Of a stretch of DNA of 64,000 bases, positions 19,049 to 35,259 are shown piece by piece. Made by a program: the position numbers and the translations under genes. The notes beneath the pieces are model-generated. The model was not told the origin of the DNA. It was given only the letters and a program-made list of their open reading frames with translations, and searched no databases. Where the stretch lies: assembly GCF_009914755.1 (NCBI RefSeq), contig NC_060926.1. One strand, given 5' to 3'. How positions within the stretch are numbered: position 1 is the first letter of the stretch; every line of letters begins with the position of its first letter. The DNA is from the human T2T-CHM13v2.0 reference genome, Homo sapiens.

Positions 19049-19353
19049 CTTTTTTTTTTTTTTTTTTTTTTTGAGACAGAGTCTCCCTCTGTTGCCCAGG
19101 CTGGAGTACAGTGGTGCAATCTCAGCTCACTGCAACCTCTGCCTCCGGGTTCAGGTGATTCTCATGCCTCAGCCTCCTGAGTAGCTGGGATTACAGTCAT
19201 GCGCCACCACACCCAGCTAATTTTTGTATTTTTAGTAGAGATGGAGTTTACCCATGCTGGTCAGTCTGATCTGGAACTCCTGATCTCAAACGATCCGCCC
19301 GCCTCAGCCTCCCAAAGTGCTGGGATTACAGGCATTAGCCACCACGCCCAGCC
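19049..19353 (-). mobile_element. AluS
   Basis: Full dimer. Confidence 0.9.
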
Positions 19354-21109
19354 CCATCACTACTTTGTAAACTGACGGGCAAGTCCCTTGAGAATCCCCA
19401 TCTCTCACAGAAGTAATAGCAATTAGTTTTTCCTGTGGTTCTGAAGGAAGTAAAGTATTATATACAAGACCACCCAGATAGTTTAAATGCCATATAACAT
19501 GGAATATAATGTTACTGAGATAACTAAAGGCAAAAATAACCTGTATATAACATGCTTACAATGTTCAAAGGGTAGCTGATGACTTTAGATTTGAGAACAC
19601 ACGCAGGCAGACCCATCAATACCCAAGGAATACCTTAGTCACAGAATAGGAATAGGCAAATGCATATTGATCAGAAAATGTACCTGACATGCAAACCCAG
19701 AACAGGTGAGTTTGATGTGGCAATGGACGGAGGAAAGCTGGAACCCTGAGGTTAAGACTGAGATTGGGCTGGAGTCCGGAGAGTCTGGGCTGAGGGTAGA
19801 ATTCCCACTTATTATGGGATCCAGTGGGACCCTTCATAGAAGAGGCTGAGTTTCATAATCCTGGTCTATCTGATTTGGAGAGTTCCTGGAATCTGGGGAG
19901 ACACCCCACAGGCTTTGTCTGAGGACTATTTGCAGTTCTTTGAACCTCAGAATAGGAAGACTGAAGTGAGAACTCAGAGCAGAGAGTAAGCCAAGGCTAC
20001 TTTGAATGCTCAAAACCAGGGAATGGGTCCTACTGCTTTCCAAGTGTAAGCATGGCCAGCCCAACCAGCCCAGAGCCCTCAAAGTCAAGCCCCTCACTGG
20101 TCAGCCTCATGGCATTCTTGATCTAATGCCCTGTGGCTTTAAACTGCCAGCTTTTGCAAAAGGAAGAAGAAAGTCCTGTATTTCTTCTGGACTCCTACAG
20201 GCTCTTTGAAACAATGCTGTTTCTGTTTGAGATGATGATACCCTGAAAGCACCTGTGCACTCCTGCAACTTGTCATGTGCCCATTGAATAACAAATTGAC
20301 CAACTGACATTCTTAGAGACGCCACTGAAGACCTAGTGCTGGGTTGGACCTATGGGGAGACCCAGAGGTTCATAACTCTGTCTCTGCCCTCAAGGAGTTT
20401 AGCATCCAGGGATTTAGGTGGTATTTGGGTCACTTTGGACCTCACCATGGGCACAGGAAAAAAATCCAGGAAATGTCTTCCTCAGTGTCAGCCTGAGCAA
20501 AATAATGCCCCAGCTGACATTTCTGTGTCTAGAAATGTTTACACAGGGATTGCACTGTGCAGAGCACTATACCACATGGATTTGCCTTTGTAGGTTGTAC
20601 TATACTTGCACATTTCCAAGGGCTGAGGAAGGGAAGGTGAGAAACGTGGTGATGAGCCCCACTGTGGCCAGCACTGTGCCAAGCGATCTTTAAAGGTGGT
20701 GGTTTTAGCCTTACAACCACCTGGGTGGCCAGTATCTTCATTCTCACTCTGCAGTGGAGAGATTACAGCTTTAGATACTGAATGCTGTGGCTCAGGGGGC
20801 TGGGGCTGACAGTGCACCCTCGTAAGCCAGTGGGGAAGAAGTCTGGCGGCAAGGTAGCTGGCAGCTTAGGAAGCACCTGGGCTGCTTGCTAAGGAGTGGG
20901 ACTTTCTTCCAGAAGCTACAGGGGGCCCAGTACAGTAGTGAGAGAGCCATCTGATCAAATCTGTTGGAAAGCTGCCTGGCAGCTGTGTGAGGGCTGGGTG
21001 GGGAAGGGGGAGGAAAGATTGCAGAATGAGATCAGAGAGAGGACTATGGAAGGACAAATCTGTTTTCCCTCCTCCCCCTATCCCATGCATACCGAATAAC
21101 AGTCTCTAG

Positions 21110-21425
<316 letters not shown>

Positions 21426-21756
21426 AAAGCAAGCATTTTAATAACCCATTTTAAAATTTTAGACCCAAGTCAGTGACCCCTGTATTAATTTCGGTAATCA
21501 AAAGTTGGCTAAATTGAGCCAGCTGAGTGAGACAAGGTTGTGCACTCAGCACTACCCTGGCAGGTGGCTGCTAGGAAGACATGCTAGAAAAGATTGGCCA
21601 TCGTGACAAAGGGAGAGCAGGTGAAGGCACTGACGGGGTTTGGGATTTAGGCAGACCTGAGGTTGATTTCTGGCTTAGCCATTTACTAGTCATGAAACAT
21701 TGAAAACATCATTTAATCTCTCCGATTTTCTTTACTTCATCTTTAAAATAAGGGTC

Positions 21757-22050
21757 AGCTGGGTGTGCTGGCTCACACCTGTAATCCCAGTACTTTGGGA
21801 GGCTGAGGCAGGAGAATCACTTGAGCCCTGGAGTTCGAGACCAGCCTAGGCAACACAGTGAGACCCCCCCCCCCCCGCCAATCTTTACAAAAAAAATACA
21901 AAAATTAGCCAAGTGTAGTGGTGTGCACCTGTAGTCCCAGTTATTTGGGAGGCTAAGGCGGGAGGATTACTTGAGCCCCGGAGGTCAAGGCTGCAGTGAG
22001 CCCTGATCACTATATTCCAGCCTGGACAACAGTGAGACCCTGTCTCAAAA
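21757..22050 (+). mobile_element. AluJ in a MIR
   Basis: Dimer with an internal C-run; tail replaced by a microsatellite. Confidence 0.9.
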
Positions 22051-22169
22051 ACTACACTACACTACACTACACACTACACTACACTACACTACACACTACA
22101 CTACACTACACTACACTACACTACACTACACTACACTACACTACACCACACTACACCACACTACACTAC
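22051..22169. repeat. (ACTAC)n pentanucleotide microsatellite, about 23-24 units
   Basis: ACTACACTAC... with extra-AC and CCACA interruptions. Confidence 0.95.
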
Positions 22170-23028
22170 GGGTCATCAACTTTCTCTTGCATGATTGCAC
22201 GAGTACTATATTCAAAGTGACTAGCACACCAGTGGTGCTTGGTAGGGACTAGCTAAAATATCCTCATTCCGACCTGGGAGCCACAGTGATGGCGCACATC
22301 TGCCTGGCCCCTTCCTGTGGAGCAACACTGCCCTTCAGTGGCTAAACAGTGAATGACAGGTGTGCCGGCTGCTCCCACCCAGCCCTGCATTCCACACGTC
22401 AGAAGAGTTGTTTAAGGGTCAGACCTGCCGCATGTACTTTTCACAAAGTTGGAGCCCTACCTTGGCCAGCAGGTGACAGGTCCCACTGTCCCCAGGACAG
22501 GGCGAACTCAAGGCCAGTGGATTCTGAATCTTGGGCTGGGAAGAAAACACAAGCTCAAGTAGTCTTGGAACAGCTCTCTAGAGATGGCCATGACCTCCAA
22601 CCCACTCCACCCTAGCCACAAGAATAGTGTAAATGAAAAGCAAATGCCAGTGGCACATTCTGGCACCCCTTGGCAAAACAAGGAAGGAAGCCATTCCACA
22701 AACACTTAGCGGGCACCGTCCAGGCCTCTGGGTCCGTGCTAGGCTGCAGATACCATGGCCAACAAAAAGGAAGCTGACTATTTAGTTGGGAGAAGGACAT
22801 TAATGAAACAATCACCCAGATACGTAATTGCAGACTATAACAAGGATCTGAAGGGAAGGCTCAGGGTGCTGACTCCATCCAGGACAAGATAAGGAGTGCT
22901 CCTTGGTGCTACTGTGGGCTTCATGAGCACCTCCTGGTGAAGCCACTGCCCCTGGGGCCTGTGCACACTGTGGACATTGAAATGCTCACTGCTTCTGGAA
23001 GTGGGCTGATGTGGCTCTGGGCTGTCTA

Positions 23029-23568
<540 letters not shown>

Positions 23569-23866
23569 TTAGGCACTGGGGGGCAATATCAGGGGTGTGG
23601 TCTTGATCCTAAGACAGTGGGACACCACAGACAATGCTCCTGCCTCCCTGCCAGCTGTCCTCCTTCAGGGATAAGGCCCCTTTTGCTGCCTCCCTCCTCC
23701 CCTCACTGCCCAGGGTGCCTCCATCAAGTCTTCTCTGGATTTCATCCTTTTCTCCCAACTCCCAGTAACATCCTCTCAAATTAAGTCTGGGATTTTTTTT
23801 CTTCCTCCCTTCTTACCACAGTAAAATTCTGTTAGATAAAAACTAGCATTTAAAACCATACTCCAG

Positions 23867-24379
<513 letters not shown>

Positions 24380-25413
24380 TCATCCCTGTGTGGGCTGAGC
24401 CCGGGAATGAAAGAGGAAATGTACTCCGACCTTGCCCCTGAGGGGCTTCCCATCTCGCCCTGAATCCAGGGGCTACCTTTCAGCCAGCTGCACTACTCCA
24501 TTCAATGGAAATGGCACTTGGAAATGCTTCTTCTCTTTCTGAACATTTAGGTCCTCACACAGCAACCAAGCCAGTGGTCAGTGAGTGCATTTTGTGAACG
24601 CTTTGAGGTATAGAAGGAAAGAGCACTGGACCCCTGCAGTCTGAAAACATGGGTTTGTAACCTGGCCCTGCCATTTTTCAGGCTGTGTGTCCTTAAACAA
24701 GACTTCTCTGAGCCTCGATTTCTTCGTTAGTAGAGTGGGGTAAACAAGACTTTCCCTGTCTACCTTGCAGAGGGTTTATGGGGATCGTATGAAGTACCAC
24801 AGTGGTTCCTGGATGGCAGTCCTTAAACAGGTGCTACACATGAGGACGTTTTCACCAGCCCACGGTGAGATGAGGAAAATCAGGACAACGAAAGGAGGTG
24901 TTTACAAAGGTAGATTTATTCAACCTAAAGGCCTGGACTGTACTCTGAGATTGTGTCTTTCTTGGGGTTTATTTGCATTGAAATTACATTTACTTTATGA
25001 AATGATAGTGATGTTAGCAGATTTTTAAAAATGTTTTTACTTAACAAAATTAAAGTACAACTACCCAGTTTGGGAGATCTTACCAGTCTGTAAAGCCCCA
25101 AACCCTTTTGAGTCAGTGAACCAGAAAGCCTTGGCAAACCACAAAGAGCTACGACCAGAGGCCACCTCTTGCTGTCTTCCTTTGCTGCCCCTCTGCTAGC
25201 TAAAGCCTGTGTGGTAGGGGTGGGTTCCAAGGGTCAAGGCCCAGACATGCTTTTCATCTTGACTTTAAAAGCACAGATTCTGGAACCAGACTGTTAGGGT
25301 TTAAATATCAGTTACACTCCTTTCTAGTTGCGTATGACCTTGGACAAGTTGCTTCTGCTCTCCATACTTTGATGCTCTCATTTATAACATGTGTGTATTA
25401 ATAGTGAAGATTA

Positions 25414-26460
<1,047 letters not shown>

Positions 26461-26502
26461 TGTGGCACATATGGGCACTCAAGAATGCCAGCAGTGATTA
26501 TT

Positions 26503-26939
26503 GGCCTGGCGCATTGGCTCACGCCTGTAATCCCCCAGCACTTTGGAGAGCCGAGGCGGGTGGATCACGAGGACAGGAGTTTGAGACCAATTTGGCCAAC
26601 GTAATGAAATCCTGTCTCTACGAAAACCACAAAAAATTGGCCGGTGTGGTGGTTCATGCCTGTAATCCCAGCATTTTGGGAGGCCAAGGCGAGGGGATCA
26701 CTTGAGGTCAGGAATTCGAGAGCAGCCTGGCCAACATGGCAAAACCCCGTTTCTACTAAAAATACAAAAATTAGCTGGGCATGGTGGCACATGCCTGTAG
26801 TCCCAGCTACTCGGGAGGCTGAGGCAGGAGAATGGATCACTTGAACCCAGGAGGCTGAGGTTGCAGTGAGCTGAGATCACACCATACACTCTAGCCTGGG
26901 CAACAAAGCGAGACTGTCTCAAAAAGGAAAAAAAAAAAA
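26503..26939 (+). mobile_element. Alu left arm followed by a full AluS (26639-26939)
   Basis: Three-arm arrangement. Confidence 0.88.
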
Positions 26940-27276
26940 TCTGCCATTGACTTGCAAATGAGGAATTGCTTCCAGGTTCTCAGCGACCATTTGCTACAGA
27001 TATGCCAGGTAGTAAACTGGGAAGCCAAGAACCTGAGAGAAGCACCTGCTTGTCAGAGGGCAGGTTTTTGTTTGTTTGTTTGAAGAGAAACTTTTCCTAG
27101 TTTACTATTCCTTTTCAGAACACAGCCTCACAATACCTTCCACGTGTGTCAGATCTGTGTGCTCTTGGCTATTTGCTAAGAGGACATTACAGCATTGGTC
27201 CCTCTTGTGATTACAGGGGTACAGGGAGCTGAAATGTGGATCCCCTGAAAACTTTCATTACAATAAGAGAGAACTC

Positions 27277-27616
<340 letters not shown>

Positions 27617-27919
27617 TTAAGAAGACAAGATACATAGTCCTGGACTTCTAGAACAAACTGAAAATGCCAACTAGTTCCCAACTCCACACTCCTGGGAGTC
27701 GGCGACAGGTGCCCCCTACTAAAGGCAACATACTTTTGCTTTGGGCTATAGCTTTGGGGTCTCTGCTTAATTGGAAGCTGGAAGTTTGTAAGCAAAGGAG
27801 TTTCCATATTTCTTTATACTTTGAACAATATAATGGACATCTTAAATTTTTTTTGTTAGACTCTCTATTATTTTAGTCCCCAAGTGCCTTAAAAAGTATC
27901 CAGAGAGTCTTGCCTTTCA

Positions 27920-28571
<652 letters not shown>

Positions 28572-29249
28572 GATTTGGAATATTCAATAGGATGGTCAGA
28601 GAAGGGTGCATTGATGAGGTGACATTTGAGCAAAGGCCTGAAAGAGAAGAGTAATCAAGCCCCTGCAGATTGCAGGGAGAAGGGCTTTCTAAGCAGAGGG
28701 AGAGCAAGTGCAAAGACCCTGGAGTGGGGGCCGGTCCAGGGTGATGAAGGAACAGCCAGGAGGGTTGAGTAGCCACAGAAGAGTCAAAGTATTTGGTGTT
28801 CAGGGCTGTGCTTGGCACTCAGAGCAACTAGAGAGAAGGGACAGTGCCATCCTTGGTCTCAAAGAGGCAATGAGCCTCTAAAGTGCACACAGCAAATGCT
28901 AAAAAAAATAGCACATCTAGAAAAAGATGGAGCCTTCCTCATGCTGTATGAGTGCAGGAAGGAAAGCTCAGGGACTGGAGCAGCCAGAGAGGGCTTCAAG
29001 GAGAAGATGGACATCACCTGGAGAGGCATAGGACAGGCAGGGAGAAAGTGTGGACACAGCGGGTGCCTTTGAGGCGTTCTGTTTAAATATCAGCCTCATT
29101 CACTGTGCACTGAGCAACTGGGAATTATTACAGCTTGAGATTTTTAAAGACAAATCAGCTAAGGTCCATAACATGCTGGTACTTCCTCTCAGGAAGAGAA
29201 ATTCTCAATCAAGACTTGTGTCTTCTTCTCATTAAAAAGCTCTTATTGT

Positions 29250-29550
<301 letters not shown>

Positions 29551-29575
29551 CTATTGTACAGTAAGAACCTCTTCT

Positions 29576-29875
29576 ATTTTCTCTTTTTGTTTTTTCTGGG
29601 CGACAATGTCTTGCTCTGTCACCCAGGCTAGAGTGCAGTGGCACAATCATTGCTCACTGTAGCCTGTGGGCTCCAGTGATCCTCCTATCTCAGTCTCCTG
29701 AGTAGCTGGGACTATGGACACACACCACCACGTTGAGCTAATTTTTAAATTTTTTGTAGAGATGTGGTCTCACTAGGTTGCCTAGGCTGTTCTTGAACTC
29801 CTGGGCTCAAGCAATCCTCCCACCTTGAACTCCCAGAGTGCTGGGATTACAGGTGTGAGCCACCATGCCAGGCTG
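29576..29875 (-). mobile_element. AluJ
   Basis: TSD GAACCTCTTC. Confidence 0.9.
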
Positions 29876-30301
29876 GAACCTCTTCAAGATATCAACATTG
29901 AAGCAGCATGTGGGAAGCTGTAGTGGGCAGAAAAAGGCTTAGCTGTAGCGGGCAGAGAAGATTGGATGGCCCAAGACCAGTCTCTACAGAGAGACTTTAG
30001 ATTCCTCCCACCCATACCCAGAGCCCCCAAGGGCTCTCAATTGCCACAGATTTTTCCAGCTTAGCCTTTGCCTCCTTTTTCTAAGGCAAATATCCCTATG
30101 AGGATCATATTTTGAGCCCATCACACATTCATGCATGCCATGCCATTTTTCTTAGTTTGTTGTTTCATTCATTCATTCATGTATTCATCAATACCTTCCA
30201 CAGATACCTATTGATCTGTTTTTACAGGCCCATGTCACTATTCTCAGGTTGTCAGTGGCTATCTGTGTGACCCCCACCTCCCAATCCCATACCTTCTAGA
30301 G

Positions 30302-30821
30302 CAGCAGTCCCAACCTTTTAGGCAACAGGGACCAGTTTCATGAAAGACCATTTTTCCACAGACTAGGGCGGCAGGGGATAGTTTAGGGATGATTCAAGTA
30401 CATTACATTTATTGTGCACTTTATTTCTATTATTATTACTTTGTAATATATAATGAAATAATTATACAACTCACCATAAGGCAAAATCAGTGAGAGCCTT
30501 GAACTTGTTTTCTTGCAACTAGGCGATCCCATCTCGGAGTGATGGGAGACAGTGACAGATCATCAAGCATTAGATTCTCACAAGGAGAGTGCAACCTAGA
30601 TCTCTGCCATGCGCAGTTCACTAGAGGGTTCACGCTCCTATGACAATCAAGGTCGCCACTGATCTGACAGGAGGCCAAGCTCAGGCAATAATGCTAGTGA
30701 TGGGGAGTGGCTGTAAATACAGATGAAGCTTGATTTGCTTGCCTGCCACTCACCTCCTGCTGTGCGGCCTGGCTCCTAATAGGCCAGTACTGGTCTGTGG
30801 CCCAAGGGTTGGGGACCCCTG
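30302..30821 (+). mobile_element. MER1A hAT-Charlie MITE
   Basis: TIRs CAGCAGTCCCAACC...GGTTGGGGACCCCTG; NTCTAGAN-type target site (TTCTAGAG/CCCTAGAA); about 520 bp. Confidence 0.85.
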
Positions 30822-30952
30822 CCCTAGAAGAGTTCTTCATCTGTACTCATGAAAAGTTGATAAGTCACCTAAATCACCTTTAATAAGAGCCCAGTAAGTT
30901 GAGATGTCACAAAAACAGAGCCAGAAAAAGAATCTATACCATCTGCTACAGC

Positions 30953-32200
30953 CAGGACCAGCTACCTAATTTACAAGTCTCAGCACAAAATGAAAATGTG
31001 GGGCCTCAGCCAGATGTGGTGGCTCATGCCTGTTATCCCAGCACTTTAGGAGACCAAGGTGGGAAGATTGCTCGGGCCCAAGAGGTTGAGGCTGCAGTGA
31101 GCCGTGATTGCGCCACTGTACTCCAGCCTGGGCAATAAAGCAAGACCCTGAAAAAAAAAAAGAAGAAAAGAAAAGATGGGTAGGGAAAAAAGTGCCATTA
31201 GAGGCACTAAACTACAAACTTTTCCTTTCTTCTGTGGTCTCTGTCTTGCCCTCTCTTGGTGTTTCTTATTTACTGTTTGATGCTATGCTTCCTTGGGCAC
31301 AGGGATACTTACAGGGTGAGTGCAGACCCTCACAGGCACAGGGAGGGTGAGGAGTAGGAGGTGGGCTGCCCGTGACTGCATATCCATGCACAGTTCACCA
31401 GCTCCAGGAGTCTTCCTCTGGCTAGACCACCAGACTGACATGCCATATCTGCCCAGGGGCAAGGATGAGGTGAGGCCGTCAATCTTCCCTTCCCACAGGC
31501 CTGCTGCCCCAACCCATGGCTGCTGGGAGACCTCCAGGGGATTAAATCTCCATTCCAAAGCAGTCTCAGCACCTGGCTAGGGGATGGCTGAGAGGCCAGT
31601 CCTGCTGCTGCTCATCAAAGGCACCATGGCGCTGCCAGCCCAGGGCAAGGATGGCTGCCACCCTGCCTCTCCCCAAAATGCCATAGGGCACACCAGCTCA
31701 ACCCCAATTCTCCCTGTGCCCACAGCTAGGCCCTTACAGCAGGCAGAGGTCAGCAAGGAAGGGGAAGTCAGGTGGGGCCTGGGGAACCAGGAAGCGGGGA
31801 ACAGGCAGCTGAGAATTGTTCCAGGGAAGCAGGGAGAGGCAGACCACGCATGGGCCAAGACTCCAAGCCCTCAGTGCATGCTGCATTGTCCCATTGGACT
31901 TCACTTGCAAAGTGTAAATGCAACGAAAAAATTATTAAGAATTTCAAGACAAGGTGGGTGCAGTGGCACTTACCTGTAGTCCCAGCTACTCAGGAGGCTG
32001 AGGCGGGGGAATCACTTGAGCCCAGGAATTTGAGTCCAGCCTGGGAAGCATAGCGAGACCTCCCACCTCAAAAAAACAGAAAAGAATTCTAAGACAGTGT
32101 CATAGAACATTAGCCCCCCAGTGCAGGACCCTTTTGAACAGAGCTCTTCTGAGCACGAGGCCCTGTCTATGCCTGATGCACACCCACGAAACCGACCTTG
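30953..32200 (-). mobile_element. MER45-family (MER45B-like) hAT-Tip100 element interrupted by two Alu monomers (31008-31174, 31953-32083)
   Basis: Termini CAGGACCAGCT...GCACAAAATGAAAATGTGGGGCC and CACACCCACGAAACCGACCTTG. Confidence 0.65.
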
Positions 32201-32774
32201 GCTCCAGCTTTCAATGCGAACTTCTTACAGTTTAGGTCCTCTGCGAAGTCACTTGCTTCCAGTAGCTCCTATCAGAGCTGAGCTGAGGCCTTAGACTGGG
32301 GTTAAAAGAGAGGTGAAGTTTCCCGCTGCAGCACTAAACACATCACTGAAGGCCTACGGAGTAATCCTTGAGCATCCCCTGACTCAGAGCACTGCCACCG
32401 CATCAGCTTCTTCCAGATGCCAAGAAGCACCTCTGGGTCTTGGGGTTCCGGCTTGTTTGTGTCACAAGTAATAACTTGTATTTTATTTGCTTTTAAAAAC
32501 TGGATATGCTCCCACTTCTCAGCCTCTACAATGAGACCTGTGTTTCGTGTTTTTCAGTGTGCCTTTGAGAAAGGCCCATAAACCTATAAACACCCTTTTT
32601 CTCCCCAAGGTGAGGTTTGACCCTAGTACTTACTACCACTGTTTACTGGAGAGTCATGTTGAGAACATCTCCTTTAGGCTCTATTTCTCATCCTAAGGGA
32701 TATATCCAGCCTTCATTATGGAAGGTTTTGAAGGCCTCAAATAAAATCAAAGTAGAATTTGAATAAAACATCTT

Positions 32775-33310
<536 letters not shown>

Positions 33311-33399
33311 AGGATATGGTAGCTTTTTAACCAAAACACACCACCATGCAATGGAGAGCATGTAACTTGTTATTTGGTCATACAAATACATCAGAATAA

Positions 33400-33840
<441 letters not shown>

Positions 33841-34354
33841 TGAGACCTTGAGGGGCTTTTTAACCAAGAGATGGTGTAGGGACAGAAGCCAGCAAGAAGA
33901 ACATGGTGGACTCTCTGTGAGGCCCCAAACCCCAAATCATGAGCCTCCGCCCCCTGAAAGTATTCCAGGATCTCTGAGGGAGGTTTTGGGAGGGGGCCAA
34001 GGTCCTGCAATTGGGTGGGTGGGGCTCCAAGCCATTGTTCTTTGCACATTCATGCCAATGTGACCTAATTGGCTAAGCACAGGCTGGAGAAGCTAGATAA
34101 ACCTATTTAAATTCAGAGCCAAAAGACACTCAAGGATGTTTTCTGAGGGGGTGTGAGGGTTGGAAAATCATCCTATATTTGATTTATCTCCCACCTCATG
34201 TCCTGAGTCAATTCCTTAGTCTTAGATGAGGGAGACGACTTGGGAGTCATCCTTGTTTTTGATGAGCTATATAACCCTATGGCCAGCAGAGGGAAGTACT
34301 GCATTTCAGAGCGACAATTTGAGATCTATGAAAGAATTTCAATCGAGAATAAGA
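33841..34354 (+). promoter_or_regulatory. Unique upstream flank / external promoter of BC200
   Basis: Repeat-free island with TATATAA 34268-34274, TATGAAA 34327-34333 (-28 to -22), AP-1 TGAGTCA 34204-34210 and GC box CCGCCC 33947-33952. Confidence 0.55.
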
Positions 34355-34358
34355 GGCC

Positions 34359-34441
34359 GGGCGCGGTGGCTCACGCCTGTAATCCCAGCTCTCAGGGAGG
34401 CTAAGAGGCGGGAGGATAGCTTGAGCCCAGGAGTTCGAGAC
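34359..34441 (+). promoter_or_regulatory. Internal type-2 Pol III promoter of BC200 (A box and B box)
   Basis: A-box region GGGCGCGGTGGCTCACGCC at 34359-34377; intact B box GAGTTCGAGAC at 34431-34441. Confidence 0.85.
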
Positions 34442-34550
34442 CTGCCTGGGCAATATAGCGAGACCCCGTTCTCCAGAAAAAGGAAAAAAAAAAACAAAAG
34501 ACAAAAAAAAAATAAGCGTAACTTCCCTCAAAGCAACAACCCCCCCCCCC

Positions 34551-34554
34551 TTTT
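34551..34554 (+). terminator. Pol III terminator (T4) of BC200
   Basis: TTTT directly after the C-run; first T4 downstream of the TSS. Confidence 0.85.
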
Positions 34555-34671
34555 CATATTCTTGCCTGGAAGAAAGGCCTTGCTTTCCTCAGCTTCTTAA
34601 AGCTGGGAGAAGTTAAAGCCATTCTGAAATGCTGCTGCTACTGCTATATGTGGGGGAGAAAGCAAATTTTC

Positions 34672-35226
<555 letters not shown>

Positions 35227-35233
35227 TAGACAA

Positions 35234-35259
35234 ACACACACACACACACACACACACAC
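35234..35259. repeat. (AC)n microsatellite
   Basis: About 13 AC units. Confidence 0.9.

Larger units (their letters stand above)
34355..34554 (+). ncRNA. BCYRN1: BC200 (brain cytoplasmic RNA 1), Pol III ncRNA, source gene
   Basis: GGCCGGGCGCGGTGGCTCACGCCTGTAATCCCAGCTCTCAGGGAGGCTAAGAGGCGGGAGGATAGC... Alu domain 34355-34474, A-rich domain 34475-34512, unique 3' domain TAAGCGTAACTTCCCTCAAAGCAACAA-C11-TTTT from 34513 (nt 159). Recognised as the BC200 sequence. Confidence 0.98.

Noticed and set aside
22051-22169. CRISPR-like array
   Set aside because: Primate DNA; simple tandem repeat with no spacers.
21996-22220. ORF with YTTLH repeats
   Set aside because: Translation of the (ACTAC)n microsatellite.
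31283-31979. Cluster of GC-rich ORFs
   Set aside because: Lies inside the MER45-like fossil; no transposase-like motifs.
34355-34554. Possibility that this is a BC200 pseudogene or an ordinary FLAM-C
   Set aside because: Complete unique 3' domain, terminator, no added poly-A or fresh TSD, and preserved CpGs indicate the source gene.
34226-34600. 124-aa ORF spanning BC200
   Set aside because: Its start lies upstream of the Pol III TSS and it reads through Alu and poly-A sequence; BC200 is non-coding.
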